Positions 30,820-41,772 of a DNA stretch of 64,000 nt are shown here, one piece after another. The translations under genes and the position numbers were made by a program. Origin of the DNA: Sulfurospirillaceae bacterium (lineage in GTDB: Bacteria; Campylobacterota; Campylobacteria; Campylobacterales; Sulfurospirillaceae); NCBI GenBank assembly GCA_033723415.1, contig JAWVXD010000008.1, positions 1-64,000 of the forward strand, read 5' to 3'. Every line of letters begins with the position of its first letter. The stretch's first letter is position 1. The notes below the pieces were generated by a model. The model did not search any database, had not been told where the DNA came from, and saw only the letters and a program-made list of their open reading frames with translations.

Positions 30820-32373
30820 ATGCTTGCAAGGCTTATAATAACTTTTGCATATTTTTTAAATTCCAGCAATACATATAAAAAGGCAAAAAGTTATATATAT
30901 GATTTATTGGAAAATCCTAGATCTAAAATTAAGCCGTACTTTGATTATTTAATAATTTTTTTAGTCTTCTCAACCGTTGCTATACTAATTTACGATATCG
31001 GACATCATATACCTTATCATTTTGAACTAGTTGAAAATTTTGCAGTCTCTGTCTTTATATTTGAGTGGATCGGCAGATTTTGGATTAGTTCAAACTTGAG
31101 AACACTGATCATCCAATATCATGAAAAAATGCTTGAAAGTAGCCAAAAACCAAGCTTTTTTTATATATTGAAAATCATAACAAAGAAAAAACTTCAGTAT
31201 GTAGTTTCTCCTATGTCTATCATAGATTTACTTGCAATACTTCCAACTTTTAGACCTCTTCGTATTTTGAGAGTTTTTCTGATATTTAGATTGTTGAAGA
31301 TCTTTAGATATACAAAAAGCTTAAATTCGTTTTTTAGTATTTTAAAAGATAAAAACTTTGAATTCAAATTTTTATTTTTGCTTGGTGTTTTTACTATATT
31401 CATGTCTTCAACTATCATGTATGTTTTTGAGGGAACAGGCAATAACCCGCACATAAATTCATATTTAGATGCTGTTTATTGGTCTGTTATAACAATCTCC
31501 ACGGTCGGTTACGGTGATATTACACCTGTTACTTTGATCGGAAAAATAGTGACAGTATTCTTAATAAGCGGTGGTTTTTTGATTTTGATTCTTGCAACTT
31601 CAATTGTCACCAATGCGCTTTCAGAAAAAATCGAAATAGTTAGAGAAAATAAGTTTTTAACTAAAGCTCGAAAATTATCCAACTTGATAGTTATAGTCGG
31701 TTTTGGGAGAATGGGACAAGCTTTGGCTGAAGAGTTAAACAAAATCAACAAAAACTTTATTGTGATAGATGTAGATAACGATAAGATACAAAATGCTAAA
31801 AATCTAGGATATCTATATATGCAAGATGATGCTTCAAACTATGATACTATTAACAATATAGTATTTGAAAATGATGTAGAAAAAGTCGTGATATCAACAG
31901 AAAATGATGCTTTGAATCTATCAATTTTGCTTACAATAAAGGCAGAAAAAAGTGATATAGAAGTCATTGTACGCTCAAATAGTTATGAAAATATAAAAAA
32001 ATTCAAAATAGCCAAGGCTGATCATGTAGTATTTCCGTATGAAACAGTGGCTGAAGTTGCAGTTGAGTATATAGGAAATTCTGTAAGATTTGATGCGATA
32101 GATAATATTTTGCTTAGAAAAAACACCATAACACTTGATGAAATAGATATTTTAGAAGGTAGTGATTTTGTAGGAAAGAATATAGAAGATTTAGGTATCA
32201 ATGATTTGGATATCACAATTATAGCTATACTAAAAGAAGGAAATCTCAATAATTTTATCTTTAATCCAGATCATGTAAATTATAAATTCGAGGTCAACGA
32301 CATTCTTATTGTCGTAGGAGATGAAAAGCAGACAAGCAAAGTGAGAAATGAAATAACAAGGCAGCTTGCATGA
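30820..32373 (+). CDS. 6-TM potassium channel with RCK/TrkA domains
   Basis: Selectivity filter TVGYGD, basic S4 RPLRILRVFLIFRLLK, GFGRMG Rossmann motif. Confidence 0.92.
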   Translation: MLARLIITFAYFLNSSNTYKKAKSYIYDLLENPRSKIKPYFDYLIIFLVFSTVAILIYDIGHHIPYHFELVENFAVSVFIFEWIGRFWISSNLRTLIIQYHEKMLESSQKPSFFYILKIITKKKLQYVVSPMSIIDLLAILPTFRPLRILRVFLIFRLLKIFRYTKSLNSFFSILKDKNFEFKFLFLLGVFTIFMSSTIMYVFEGTGNNPHINSYLDAVYWSVITISTVGYGDITPVTLIGKIVTVFLISGGFLILILATSIVTNALSEKIEIVRENKFLTKARKLSNLIVIVGFGRMGQALAEELNKINKNFIVIDVDNDKIQNAKNLGYLYMQDDASNYDTINNIVFENDVEKVVISTENDALNLSILLTIKAEKSDIEVIVRSNSYENIKKFKIAKADHVVFPYETVAEVAVEYIGNSVRFDAIDNILLRKNTITLDEIDILEGSDFVGKNIEDLGINDLDITIIAILKEGNLNNFIFNPDHVNYKFEVNDILIVVGDEKQTSKVRNEITRQLA

Positions 32374-33062
32374 GGAAGGTTGTAGTATTTGGATACACTA
32401 AAACAGGACGGGAAATTGCTAAATTATTGCAAGATGACGAGTATGAATTGCAGATTATAGATGATGATCCAATTCAAGTAGGAGAAGCTAACAGAGACGG
32501 TTTCAATGCAATGTACTCAAGCATTAATGATGATAAAATTTTGGAAGATATAGGCATAGGAGATTCGGTAGAAGCACTTTTTTGTGCAAGTGATAACGAT
32601 AGTTTGAATCTATTCGTGACATTATCAGCTAGAAATCTTGACAAAGATCTTAAAATCTTAACTCTGATAAAAAAAGAACAAGATGATAAAAAAATGCTTT
32701 TAGCAGGTGCAAATCGTACTATTAGCCCTCATAATGTAGGGGCTATAAAGGCTTTTAGGATAATAGCAAAACCAAAAATGTCTAAAGTGTTAAATAAATT
32801 TTCTCTATTAAAAAATAAATTATCTTTGAGTGAGGTTGAAATCAAGATAAATTCTCTCTTTGACGGCATTCGTTTTAAAGATGTAAATCTGACTGAAGAA
32901 GCTAATATAATCTTTTTAGGTATATTAGATAAGAGTTTAAACGGAGAATTTATATTTTTTTCAAAGAATATTGACCATAAGATAAAACATGGTGATGTAC
33001 TTGTCTTGCTTGGCAGCAGAGGTGATATCAGAAATTTTAAAGATAAGATAGGAGTAAAATGA
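32370..33062 (+). CDS. Stand-alone TrkA/RCK domain protein
   Basis: VVVFGYTKTG, AGANRTISP, GDVLVLLG. Confidence 0.85.
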   Translation: MRKVVVFGYTKTGREIAKLLQDDEYELQIIDDDPIQVGEANRDGFNAMYSSINDDKILEDIGIGDSVEALFCASDNDSLNLFVTLSARNLDKDLKILTLIKKEQDDKKMLLAGANRTISPHNVGAIKAFRIIAKPKMSKVLNKFSLLKNKLSLSEVEIKINSLFDGIRFKDVNLTEEANIIFLGILDKSLNGEFIFFSKNIDHKIKHGDVLVLLGSRGDIRNFKDKIGVK

Positions 33063-33943
33063 GTATAGCTGTAATAGGAGCAGGAAAGTGGGGCAGTGCT
33101 CTGCATTTTGCATTTTCACAAAATTTTTCTTGTAAAATAACATCTAAACATAAAAGAGATATACCGGATTTTGTCTCTTTGGAAAAAGCTTTGGCATGCG
33201 AATATCTTGTCATGGCAATTCCGGCACAGGTCGTAGGAACTTGGTTGCGAGATCATTTTACTTTCAACAATCAAAAAATCTTAGTTGCCGCAAAAGGTAT
33301 AGAACAAAAAAGTGGAAAATTTTTAAATGAAATCTTTTCAGAATATGTTCCTGTCGAAAACCTATCGTATCTATCTGGTCCGTCATTTGCTTATGAAGTG
33401 ATGCAATCATTGCCTACTGCAATTGTAATCAATTCAACAAATATGCAATTAGCTAGTAAATTTTCATCATTTTTCCCTGATTTTATGAAAACATATGTAA
33501 GTGATGATGTAATAGGTGCTGAAGTGTGCGGAGCATACAAAAACGTTATAGCCATTGCAAGTGGGATATGCGCAGGGTTAAATCTAGGGCAGAATGCCAG
33601 AGCCAGTCTTATATCTAGAGGTTTGGTAGAGATGGCAAGGTTCGGTAGGTATTTTGGTGCTGAAGATGATACCTTTTTAGGTTTAAGCGGGGCAGGGGAC
33701 CTCTTTTTGAGTGCATCTAGTGAATTGTCTAGAAATTATAGAGTAGGTTTGGAACTAGCAAAAGAAAGAAAGATAGACGATATACTTAAAGAACTTGGAG
33801 AGGTAGCAGAAGGTGTTCACACAACTGACGCAATTATACATTTGAGCTTAGAAAGTGGTATATATGTACCTATCGCTACCGAAGTTCAAAAAATTATAAA
33901 AGGCAAAAACCCAAATTTGAGCTTAAGAGATTTACTGGAGTAA
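33059..33943 (+). CDS. gpsA: NAD(P)H-dependent glycerol-3-phosphate dehydrogenase
   Basis: GAGKWGSAL, LSGPSFA, KNVIAIASG, GLSGAGDL...SRNY. Confidence 0.95.
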   Translation: MSIAVIGAGKWGSALHFAFSQNFSCKITSKHKRDIPDFVSLEKALACEYLVMAIPAQVVGTWLRDHFTFNNQKILVAAKGIEQKSGKFLNEIFSEYVPVENLSYLSGPSFAYEVMQSLPTAIVINSTNMQLASKFSSFFPDFMKTYVSDDVIGAEVCGAYKNVIAIASGICAGLNLGQNARASLISRGLVEMARFGRYFGAEDDTFLGLSGAGDLFLSASSELSRNYRVGLELAKERKIDDILKELGEVAEGVHTTDAIIHLSLESGIYVPIATEVQKIIKGKNPNLSLRDLLE

Positions 33944-33947
33944 AAAT

Positions 33948-35171
33948 ATGAAACTTATAAAAAATGCCATAATCATAGAAGGTGAAGGCTTTGTTAAAAA
34001 AGATGTATTGGCTGATGATTTTAAAATAATTGAAATCAAAGACAGTATAAAATCTTTGGATAAATATGAAATTATTGATGCAAGAGGTGCCTATCTTCTC
34101 CCTGGATTAATAGATCTAAATGTCAGATTGGCAAATAATATATTAAATAAGGCAAACTTGGAAAAGCTTGTGAGTAGTGCAAAAAAAGGCGCAGTGACTA
34201 CTGCTGTTATTATGTCGGATTTTACGCCTAGATTAGATAGTTCTACGCTATTGGACTTTTTAAAATCATCATTTGACAATACTATGATAAACCTAAAAGT
34301 GACTGCTCCTTTGACCAATGAACAAAATGATAAACTAAACAATATAGCAACGCTTCTCAACAATGGCGCAACAGCAATTTTTGGAAATTCTAATTTAAAT
34401 CCTAACCTAATCAAAAGAGGAATGCAGTATGCGCATATGAAGGATAGACCTCTTTTTTGTTTTTGTTATGAACCTGATCTTGATGATATAGGAAATATGA
34501 ATGAAGGCGAAATATCTTCAAAGCTCGGGCTGTCAGGCATATCTAAATCTTCAGAGACTGTTGAAGTCGCAAAAATTGCAGAATTATCTATAGCAAATAA
34601 TGCCAGTATAGTATTTCAAACTTTATCAACAAAAAGATCTTTAGATATTGTTAGAAATGTAAAAGAATATTCTCCAAATACATATAGCGAAGTATCTATA
34701 CATCATCTCATAAGAAACGACAAGAGTTGTGACGGCTTTAATACATATGCGAAAATGCTACCTCCTTTAAGAGAAGAGGAAGAAAGAACCAAACTTGTAG
34801 ACGAAGTAAAAAAAGGACATATTGATATTCTAACATCATCACACTCTCCGAAATCTGTCCTATACAAAGATGTTGCTTTTTGTGATGCTGATTTTGGTAT
34901 AGGATCAATAGAAGAGTTTTTTAAGTTGGCATATACTTTTTTAGTAAAAAAAGAAGGGATATCTCTAAAAAATCTTATTGAGATGTGTTCGGTAAATCCG
35001 GCAAAAGTGTTAAAACTTGAAAAAAAAGGTAAGATAGAAGTCGGTTATGATGCTGATATGTTTATATTTGATGCAAGTCATAAAAGTAAAATCAAGAATG
35101 AACTTTCAATTTATCATGAAGAAGAATTGGATGGCATTATCAATCAAGTCTTTGTAGCTAAGGAATTTTAG
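33948..35171 (+). CDS. Dihydroorotase-like protein, probably catalytically inactive PyrC' type
   Basis: Amidohydrolase motifs (PGLID, PPLR, NPAK, GYDAD), but the HxH metal motif reads DLNVR. Confidence 0.8.
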   Translation: MKLIKNAIIIEGEGFVKKDVLADDFKIIEIKDSIKSLDKYEIIDARGAYLLPGLIDLNVRLANNILNKANLEKLVSSAKKGAVTTAVIMSDFTPRLDSSTLLDFLKSSFDNTMINLKVTAPLTNEQNDKLNNIATLLNNGATAIFGNSNLNPNLIKRGMQYAHMKDRPLFCFCYEPDLDDIGNMNEGEISSKLGLSGISKSSETVEVAKIAELSIANNASIVFQTLSTKRSLDIVRNVKEYSPNTYSEVSIHHLIRNDKSCDGFNTYAKMLPPLREEEERTKLVDEVKKGHIDILTSSHSPKSVLYKDVAFCDADFGIGSIEEFFKLAYTFLVKKEGISLKNLIEMCSVNPAKVLKLEKKGKIEVGYDADMFIFDASHKSKIKNELSIYHEEELDGIINQVFVAKEF

Positions 35172-35240
35172 CCGGCCCGTTTATAAAATATTGTGCAAAT
35201 TTTTGATACAATCAAATCCAAATTTTAAAAAAGATGACAA

Positions 35241-36695
35241 ATGCAAAAAGAAAAAGATAGTTATATTAAAAACCTTATAATTTTGTTTTGGGGTATAGTG
35301 ATCACAAGAGTGTTTCTTATGATATACCTGCCTTTAACCGATACTACTGAAGCAAGATATGCAAATATCGCGCTTATTATGTCCAAGACTAGAGATTGGA
35401 TTACTCCTTATTTTGATTATGGTGTGCCGTATTGGGGAAAACCGCCATTGTCATTTTGGTTTCAAGCTATATCTTATAATTTATTTGGAATTCACGATTA
35501 TACTCCAAGGATACCATCTCTTATCATAACACTTTTGACTGCATGGATCGTTTATAAATTGATGCTAGTGTTAAAAGACAGAGTAACTGCTCTTTGGACT
35601 ATTATTATATATTTTAGTTCTATGTTGGTTTATGCACTTTCTGGAGTAGTACTCCTTGATCCTTATCTTACGTTTGCAACTACTTTGTCTTATGCTGCTT
35701 TTATGCTACTTTTAAACGGTCATAAAAAATATTGGGGTTATCTGTTTTTTATAGGCTTGGGTATTGGATTGTTAGCAAAGGGACCTTTGACCATAGTTTT
35801 GGTTGGAGGAACTATTTTTATTTGGATATTGTTTTCTTTTAAAAGACGAATTAAAACTCTTCTGTTATTACCTTGGGTTCGTGGGACATTTCTTATGCTT
35901 CTTATCGCAGTTCCATGGTATGTCATGGCAGAAAATAAAACTCCCGGATTCTTACATTATTTTATAATAGGTGAGCATTTTGATAGATTTCTAGATTCCG
36001 GATGGAAGGGTGATCTTTATGGTCATGCGCATTTTAAACCTCTTGGTACTATCTGGTTTATGTGGCTATACTGTTCTCTGCCATGGGGATTAGCCGGTAT
36101 TATTCTTATTTTAAAGAACCTTGTTAATAAAACGAATCGTGAGAAAATGATCGCAAAAATCAAAACAGATGAGATATCATTTTATTTTATTTGGATGATA
36201 TTCCCTATGTTGTTTTTCACAATGTCGGCAAATATTACTGAAACTTACGTTTTATATGGATTCCCTGCGCTTGGAATTTTGTTTTCTATGTATTACAATA
36301 GTTTAGAAGAGAATATTAGAAAAAAACAGAAAAAGTTTTTCCTTGCAGGAGCCGTTTTAATTCCACTTTTAGGATTTTTTGGAACATTTTATGTCATAAA
36401 AACGGTGCATACTCTAAAAACAGAAAAATTTTTGATTCAAAAATATTATAGCTTGGCCAAGAACAATGAGCCAATTTATTTTTTAAATCACAAAGAGTTC
36501 TCTGAGGTTTACTATATGAATAAAAAAGTTGATATTACTACGATGGCGGAATTAAGAGAAATAGTAAAAAATAACCCGCACAAGAAATACTTTGTAGTCG
36601 GGCAAAATAATCATGATCATATTATTGAGCAAAATTTCAAAAATTTAAAATTGGTATATAAAAGCGAAAGACACACCCTTTTTTCAAACAACTAG
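35241..36695 (+). CDS. ArnT/PMT-family (GT-C) membrane glycosyltransferase
   Basis: DTTEARYA, DWITP, WGKPPL, LAKGP, many TM helices. Confidence 0.88.
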   Translation: MQKEKDSYIKNLIILFWGIVITRVFLMIYLPLTDTTEARYANIALIMSKTRDWITPYFDYGVPYWGKPPLSFWFQAISYNLFGIHDYTPRIPSLIITLLTAWIVYKLMLVLKDRVTALWTIIIYFSSMLVYALSGVVLLDPYLTFATTLSYAAFMLLLNGHKKYWGYLFFIGLGIGLLAKGPLTIVLVGGTIFIWILFSFKRRIKTLLLLPWVRGTFLMLLIAVPWYVMAENKTPGFLHYFIIGEHFDRFLDSGWKGDLYGHAHFKPLGTIWFMWLYCSLPWGLAGIILILKNLVNKTNREKMIAKIKTDEISFYFIWMIFPMLFFTMSANITETYVLYGFPALGILFSMYYNSLEENIRKKQKKFFLAGAVLIPLLGFFGTFYVIKTVHTLKTEKFLIQKYYSLAKNNEPIYFLNHKEFSEVYYMNKKVDITTMAELREIVKNNPHKKYFVVGQNNHDHIIEQNFKNLKLVYKSERHTLFSNN

Positions 36696-37423
36696 TAAAA
36701 GATTTTGGAAAGATAGAGCCCTTGCGGCTCTAATGGGGATTTGCTTATAAGGGTTTTTTTCTCTAGTTGCATTGACAGATCATCTTTCGTTAAAGAATGA
36801 TTTTCAATTTTAAGTAAAAAATCACACATCATTCTTATCTGACTTCTCAAAAAGCTATTGCCTAAAAAGTAGATGATCGTATTGTTTTTATATCTGTATG
36901 CCCCTGTTTTATAGATAGTTCGTATGTCTGTTTTTGTTTCACTTCCTTCTTTCCTAAAATAACCAAAATCATGTGTCCCTACAAATAATTGAGAGTTGTC
37001 ATACAAAGACCGTGTATCTAGATCAGGTTTAAAGATACAATAATCAGCCATAAAGGGGTTGAATTTATCGTGAGAGATAAGATAACGGTAAAGTCTCATT
37101 TTGGCACTAAATCTTGCATGAAAATCTTTGTCTATAAACTCTATTTTTTTGATAAATACAGCAGGATGGATCATCTTATTTATATTTATTCTTAATTTTT
37201 CTAAATTAGAAAAATAAGTAGGAATATCTACATGACAGACTTGATTTAGTGCATGCACACCTCTATCAGTACGTCCGCTTGCTTGCAATGATTGGTCTAT
37301 GCCAAGCTTTAAAAAAGCCTTTTGCATCACTCCTATTACAGTAGGCATTTGTTTGTTTTTTTGTATCTGAGAGCCAAAAAACTTTGAACCGTCATAAGAG
37401 AATGTAATTTTTATTCTTTTCAC
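36692..37423 (-). CDS. truA: tRNA pseudouridine(38-40) synthase
   Basis: YDGSKFFGSQ, SGRTDRGVHA, FHARFSA, FLRSQIR. Confidence 0.95.
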   Translation of the reverse strand: MKRIKITFSYDGSKFFGSQIQKNKQMPTVIGVMQKAFLKLGIDQSLQASGRTDRGVHALNQVCHVDIPTYFSNLEKLRININKMIHPAVFIKKIEFIDKDFHARFSAKMRLYRYLISHDKFNPFMADYCIFKPDLDTRSLYDNSQLFVGTHDFGYFRKEGSETKTDIRTIYKTGAYRYKNNTIIYFLGNSFLRSQIRMMCDFLLKIENHSLTKDDLSMQLEKKTLISKSPLEPQGLYLSKIFY

Positions 37424-37426
37424 GTT

Positions 37427-38452
37427 TTAAAACCTCAATACCACTTTTCTTTTATAAATTGAATATGATATAAGCATTGAGAGGAGTGAAACTATAAATA
37501 TTGCCCCAAACGCATTTATTTTAGCGATTATTACGGCAGTAGAAAAATAGGCAAATATAGATAGAAATTGATAAAAATATATTTTTGCAGATGCATATCT
37601 AGATACAACTACAGAAATGCCTATAGCTAAGAATACAGTCGTAAAAGGGAAAAGGGCTATTAGCATAAAAAATGCAAAATCATAAGCTCTGCCTTTATCT
37701 TTAAATGCTAAACGCCAATAAGAATAAATTGTCTGCATATATCCTATATTTTCACTTGGTTCAGAATTAATATACATTTTTTTAAAGTTTACCTGTTGCA
37801 TTTTGTCTTTTTGAAACTCAAATGCCTTACCGTCCTCGAGTATGAGTCTTAGCGCTCCGTTATCATTTTTGATCAGTGCTTTCTGTGATAGGACCAATCT
37901 AGGAGATTCTTGTTTCGTTCCTATTTTGTATAAAGATACGTTTTCATAGATTTGATTTTTTTCTGCTTTGCTTATATATACCAACCAATTTGAAAACTTT
38001 TGACCAAATTTACTTTCTTGAATATTGAATTTTGCTTTTGCTTTTTTATATTCTAAGAAATTGTTATTAAGCTGATTGGAAAGAGGAACAAGAACAACTA
38101 TGTTTATGATCAGCAATATAGAAAATAGAGCCGCTAAAATCGTAAAAAATTTTGACATTTTTCTTGGTGAATATCCCAAACTGAAAAGTATGATCAATTC
38201 GTTTTCTTTTGATAAATTAAAAAGAGTCAAACATAGCGATACGAAAAACGTTATAGGGATAGTATATATCAACAGTTTTGGTATCAAATATACATACATA
38301 GTGAAAAGTTCTATGAAATTCATCTTAATAACAGATGTAACATTTGCAATGTTTATAAAAAATATAATAGATGCAACAAAAAATAATATAAAAAATAGAG
38401 TGCTAAATACCTCCATAAAATTTTTTAATAAATAACTATTTACTCTACCCAT
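37427..38452 (-). CDS. LptF/LptG-family LPS export permease
   Basis: 3+3 TM layout, LSKENELIILFSLG motif. Confidence 0.85.
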   Translation of the reverse strand: MGRVNSYLLKNFMEVFSTLFFILFFVASIIFFINIANVTSVIKMNFIELFTMYVYLIPKLLIYTIPITFFVSLCLTLFNLSKENELIILFSLGYSPRKMSKFFTILAALFSILLIINIVVLVPLSNQLNNNFLEYKKAKAKFNIQESKFGQKFSNWLVYISKAEKNQIYENVSLYKIGTKQESPRLVLSQKALIKNDNGALRLILEDGKAFEFQKDKMQQVNFKKMYINSEPSENIGYMQTIYSYWRLAFKDKGRAYDFAFFMLIALFPFTTVFLAIGISVVVSRYASAKIYFYQFLSIFAYFSTAVIIAKINAFGAIFIVSLLSMLISYSIYKRKVVLRF

Positions 38453-39173
38453 AAATTTTTTCCATTAGTGTTAAGATATTTGTATCAAAGATCCAAGTGA
38501 TAAATAATCCAAGTGTTAAAAATGGTATAAATGGAAGCTGAAATCCTTTTTTCCCGACAACTAAAAATGCAGGTAAGGAAATCAGTGCAGATATATATAT
38601 CGCACCAAGACCAAGTTTAACGCCTAAAACAGCACCTATGATACCTGCTATGATAATGTCCGCTTCACCCATTGCCTCTTTTTTTATAACCCAAGATATT
38701 ATCATCCTAAGTAGTGAAAATCCACCGGCAAAGAGCAGGGCATCATACAAGCTGACAGGCAAATTTCTAGCGAATAAAGACAAAAATAATGCGGGAAAAC
38801 TAAGCACATCAGGAACAGCTTTATATCTTAGATCTATGATGCTCAGAGCAAATAGAATGGCAAACAACAGACCTAATATCATCCCTTCTATCAAGGTATC
38901 ACTTTTGAAGTATGAAATTACAAATATAAAAGACGTAAACAATTCAACTAAAGGATATTGTAACGAGATCTTTTCTTTACAAAAAGCACATTTGCCACCT
39001 AATGCGATCCAAGAGAAAACCGGTATATTATGGTAAAACTTTAATTTTGTTTTACATTTTGGACAATGTGATGATGGAAATGATATGCTTTTGTTCTCAG
39101 GAACTCTCAATATTACGACATTGAGAAAAGATCCGATAGAAAGCCCTATGAGTGCAAATAAAATGATCTCCAT
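38445..39173 (-). CDS. Prepilin peptidase (A24)
   Basis: GSFLNVVILRVP, two CxxC motifs, IDL, MGEAD, PFIPFL. Confidence 0.92.
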   Translation of the reverse strand: MEIILFALIGLSIGSFLNVVILRVPENKSISFPSSHCPKCKTKLKFYHNIPVFSWIALGGKCAFCKEKISLQYPLVELFTSFIFVISYFKSDTLIEGMILGLLFAILFALSIIDLRYKAVPDVLSFPALFLSLFARNLPVSLYDALLFAGGFSLLRMIISWVIKKEAMGEADIIIAGIIGAVLGVKLGLGAIYISALISLPAFLVVGKKGFQLPFIPFLTLGLFITWIFDTNILTLMEKIYG

Positions 39174-39845
39174 CTATATTCCTCCAAATCTTCTCTGTGT
39201 TTTTTTGTAGGTTGATATGATTTTTTCAAGCTCTTCTAGTGAGAAATCAGGCCAAAAAGTGTCTGTAAATGCAAGTTCAGCATATGCACATTGCCAAAGT
39301 AAAAAATTTGACAGTCTTTTTTCTCCGCCTGTTCTAATCAAGAGGTCCACATCAGGAAATCCGCCTGTATCAAGTGCATTATTTATATCAGCTTCTGTAA
39401 TATTGTTTTTATTTATCTTGTTTACAGCCCTAACTATCTCATCTCTTGAACCGTAGTTTATAGCTAAAACCTGAGTTAATCCGCTATTATCTTGTGTTTT
39501 TAAAACGGTTTCGTCTATCCTTTTTTGTAAGTTCTTGGAAAATTTGCCTATATCACCGATGACTTTAAATCTTATATTATTATCTATCAACGTTTTAAGT
39601 TCTTGTTTTAAAAATCTATTTAATAATTTCATTAAAAAGTCAACTTCTTCTTTACCTCTTTTCCAATTTTCTGTGCTAAAAGCATAAAGTGTTAGATACT
39701 GTATATCAATCTGTGCTGCTTTTTTTGTTATTTCTATTAATTTTTTTGCTCCCTCTTTATGTCCGAAAGAGCGAACTTTTCCATGGTTTTTAGCCCATCT
39801 ACCGTTTCCGTCCATGATTATGGCTAAGTGCTTCAAAGTATTCAA
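39174..39845 (-). CDS. uppS: Undecaprenyl diphosphate synthase
   Basis: HLAIIMDGNGRWA, YAFSTENWKR, IRTGGEKRLSNFLLWQ, RRFGG. Confidence 0.96.
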   Translation of the reverse strand: MNTLKHLAIIMDGNGRWAKNHGKVRSFGHKEGAKKLIEITKKAAQIDIQYLTLYAFSTENWKRGKEEVDFLMKLLNRFLKQELKTLIDNNIRFKVIGDIGKFSKNLQKRIDETVLKTQDNSGLTQVLAINYGSRDEIVRAVNKINKNNITEADINNALDTGGFPDVDLLIRTGGEKRLSNFLLWQCAYAELAFTDTFWPDFSLEELEKIISTYKKTQRRFGGI

Positions 39846-39847
39846 AT

Positions 39848-40582
39848 TTAACCCTTCATATCAAGGAGAACTTCACTAGAATCAAATAGTGGCAAAATCT
39901 CACTTTTCAAAGAAATATATGTATTTATTGTATTGTTTTCAAGTTCTTTTTTTAGTAAATCATAGCTTTTTTCAAATAAAACACCAAGTTCTAATGTTGG
40001 AATATTATTGTCTAAAGTCATTTTCCCACTTATAGGTCCCAGGTTTTCAAGGGCTAAATAAAAATAAGTGGATGAATCATTATGTATATTAAATTGCAAT
40101 AAAACTTTTCTATCCTCTATGATAACGGGAAAATGGAAAATTCCTTCACTTTGTGCTAGCAATATTTGGCTTAATGTCAAAAACTGCTCTTTTGTAGTTG
40201 CAGTATCTGCCATTTTATCTATAATTTTTTTCTTGATTGTTTTTATCGGATTTTTATCTTCGGTTAATAATTTAAAGAAAAATTTGCTTTCTATGTCTAG
40301 AAATTCCATATCTGTGTTAAAGATTTCAGGTTTTTGTATAAGATTTGATATATGTAAAATATTTTCTTTATTTTCTTTGAGAATGCCCCAATATTTTTTC
40401 TTTACATTGAGTTTGTTTTTGCTTTTTGCCATTAACTCCTTCCTTCCTAGAAGAAGTTTGTATTGGTTTGTGTATAGTTTTTCTAAAACCGTGATCGACA
40501 TAGGCAGATTTGTATTGAATGTTATATTTGACGAGTCAAATCTTTGAGATGTATTTATAATTTTACTGACTTGGTTTATCAT
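39848..40582 (-). CDS. Hypothetical protein between coaBC and uppS
   Basis: 244-aa ORF coupled to both neighbours. Confidence 0.75.
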   Translation of the reverse strand: MINQVSKIINTSQRFDSSNITFNTNLPMSITVLEKLYTNQYKLLLGRKELMAKSKNKLNVKKKYWGILKENKENILHISNLIQKPEIFNTDMEFLDIESKFFFKLLTEDKNPIKTIKKKIIDKMADTATTKEQFLTLSQILLAQSEGIFHFPVIIEDRKVLLQFNIHNDSSTYFYLALENLGPISGKMTLDNNIPTLELGVLFEKSYDLLKKELENNTINTYISLKSEILPLFDSSEVLLDMKG

Positions 40583-41772
40583 ATATTTTTCAGCTCGTTT
40601 AAAATCTCAAATGCAACATTTAATTTTGTGTCAAATTCGATCTTTTTTTCTTCCTTAGCAGTGATTAGTGTCACTTCGTTATTGTCACTGCCAAAGTTGT
40701 TGTTTTTATCTAAAACATTTAGGCAAACTGCATCCAAACCTTTATTTGTCAGCATATTACGTGCATTTTCTAGAGCAGTTTTCGGATCTAGTTCAGCTTT
40801 AAAGCCTATGGTCTTTATATCTTTTTTGTTTAAACTCTTTAAAATATCAATATTTTTGACAAGAGCTAGTGAAAATTCATCTCCTAAGTCTTCTTTTTTT
40901 AATTTTCCTTCATAAATCTCTTTGCAAACATAATCGCTTATTGCCGCTACCATAAAAAGGTAACTACCTGGTTTGATATTTCCCTTTAGTGTTGATTCCA
41001 AAGTACTAGAATTTGGGGCAATTATAACTTTTATGTTATTTGGAAGCTCATTCGTCTCTTCTGTAGTTATGTATGTTACTTTTGCACCAAGCAAATACGC
41101 ACAAAGAGCCAAAGATTTAGCCATCTTACCACTAGAAAAATTGCTGATATATCTTACAGAGTCGATCTTCTCTTTTGTACCGCCACCTGTAATGATGATA
41201 TCTTTATCATGCCAAAATTGATCTTGTAAAAGATTTGCACAAATCCTCCAATATATCTCATCTGGCTCTGCCATGGCTCCTAAACCTTTATCATTACAGG
41301 CAAGTAGCTTATCTTGCGGCTCAATGATCTTATATCCAAAGTTTTCTAATTTTTTGAGTGATTCTTGCGTACTTGGATGAAGTATCATATTTGTATTGGC
41401 TGATGGAGCTATGAAAATATTCTTATTAAAGGCAAGAAGTGTCTGGACAAGAAGATTATCGGCTATACCGTGAGCTATTTTATTTATGGTATTAGCAGAG
41501 ATGGGGGCTACAACAAATATATCTGCCCATTTACCTATATGTATATGATTGTTGTCATTTGCCCAACTTTCTGTGTCTACGTGCATCACTTCATTCTGGG
41601 ATATAGCTTCGAACATAAGAGGGGTTACAAATTTCTTGGACTCTTCACTCATTATCACTCTGACTGTTGCTCCTGCTTTGATAAAAAGTCTGATCAGTTC
41701 CAAAGTTTTGTATATAGCGATGCTGCCAGTGACTCCTACTAAGATTTTTCTGTTTTGTAACAGATCTTTCAT
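40579..41772 (-). CDS. coaBC: Phosphopantothenoylcysteine decarboxylase/ligase
   Basis: GVTGSIAIYK, APSANTNM, LACNDKG, DSVRYISNFSSGKM, GFKAE. Confidence 0.95.
   Translation of the reverse strand: MKDLLQNRKILVGVTGSIAIYKTLELIRLFIKAGATVRVIMSEESKKFVTPLMFEAISQNEVMHVDTESWANDNNHIHIGKWADIFVVAPISANTINKIAHGIADNLLVQTLLAFNKNIFIAPSANTNMILHPSTQESLKKLENFGYKIIEPQDKLLACNDKGLGAMAEPDEIYWRICANLLQDQFWHDKDIIITGGGTKEKIDSVRYISNFSSGKMAKSLALCAYLLGAKVTYITTEETNELPNNIKVIIAPNSSTLESTLKGNIKPGSYLFMVAAISDYVCKEIYEGKLKKEDLGDEFSLALVKNIDILKSLNKKDIKTIGFKAELDPKTALENARNMLTNKGLDAVCLNVLDKNNNFGSDNNEVTLITAKEEKKIEFDTKLNVAFEILNELKNI

Noticed and set aside
33948..35171. Dihydroorotase lacking metal-binding histidines
   Set aside because: Inactive PyrC'-type homologues are an established class, so not novel.
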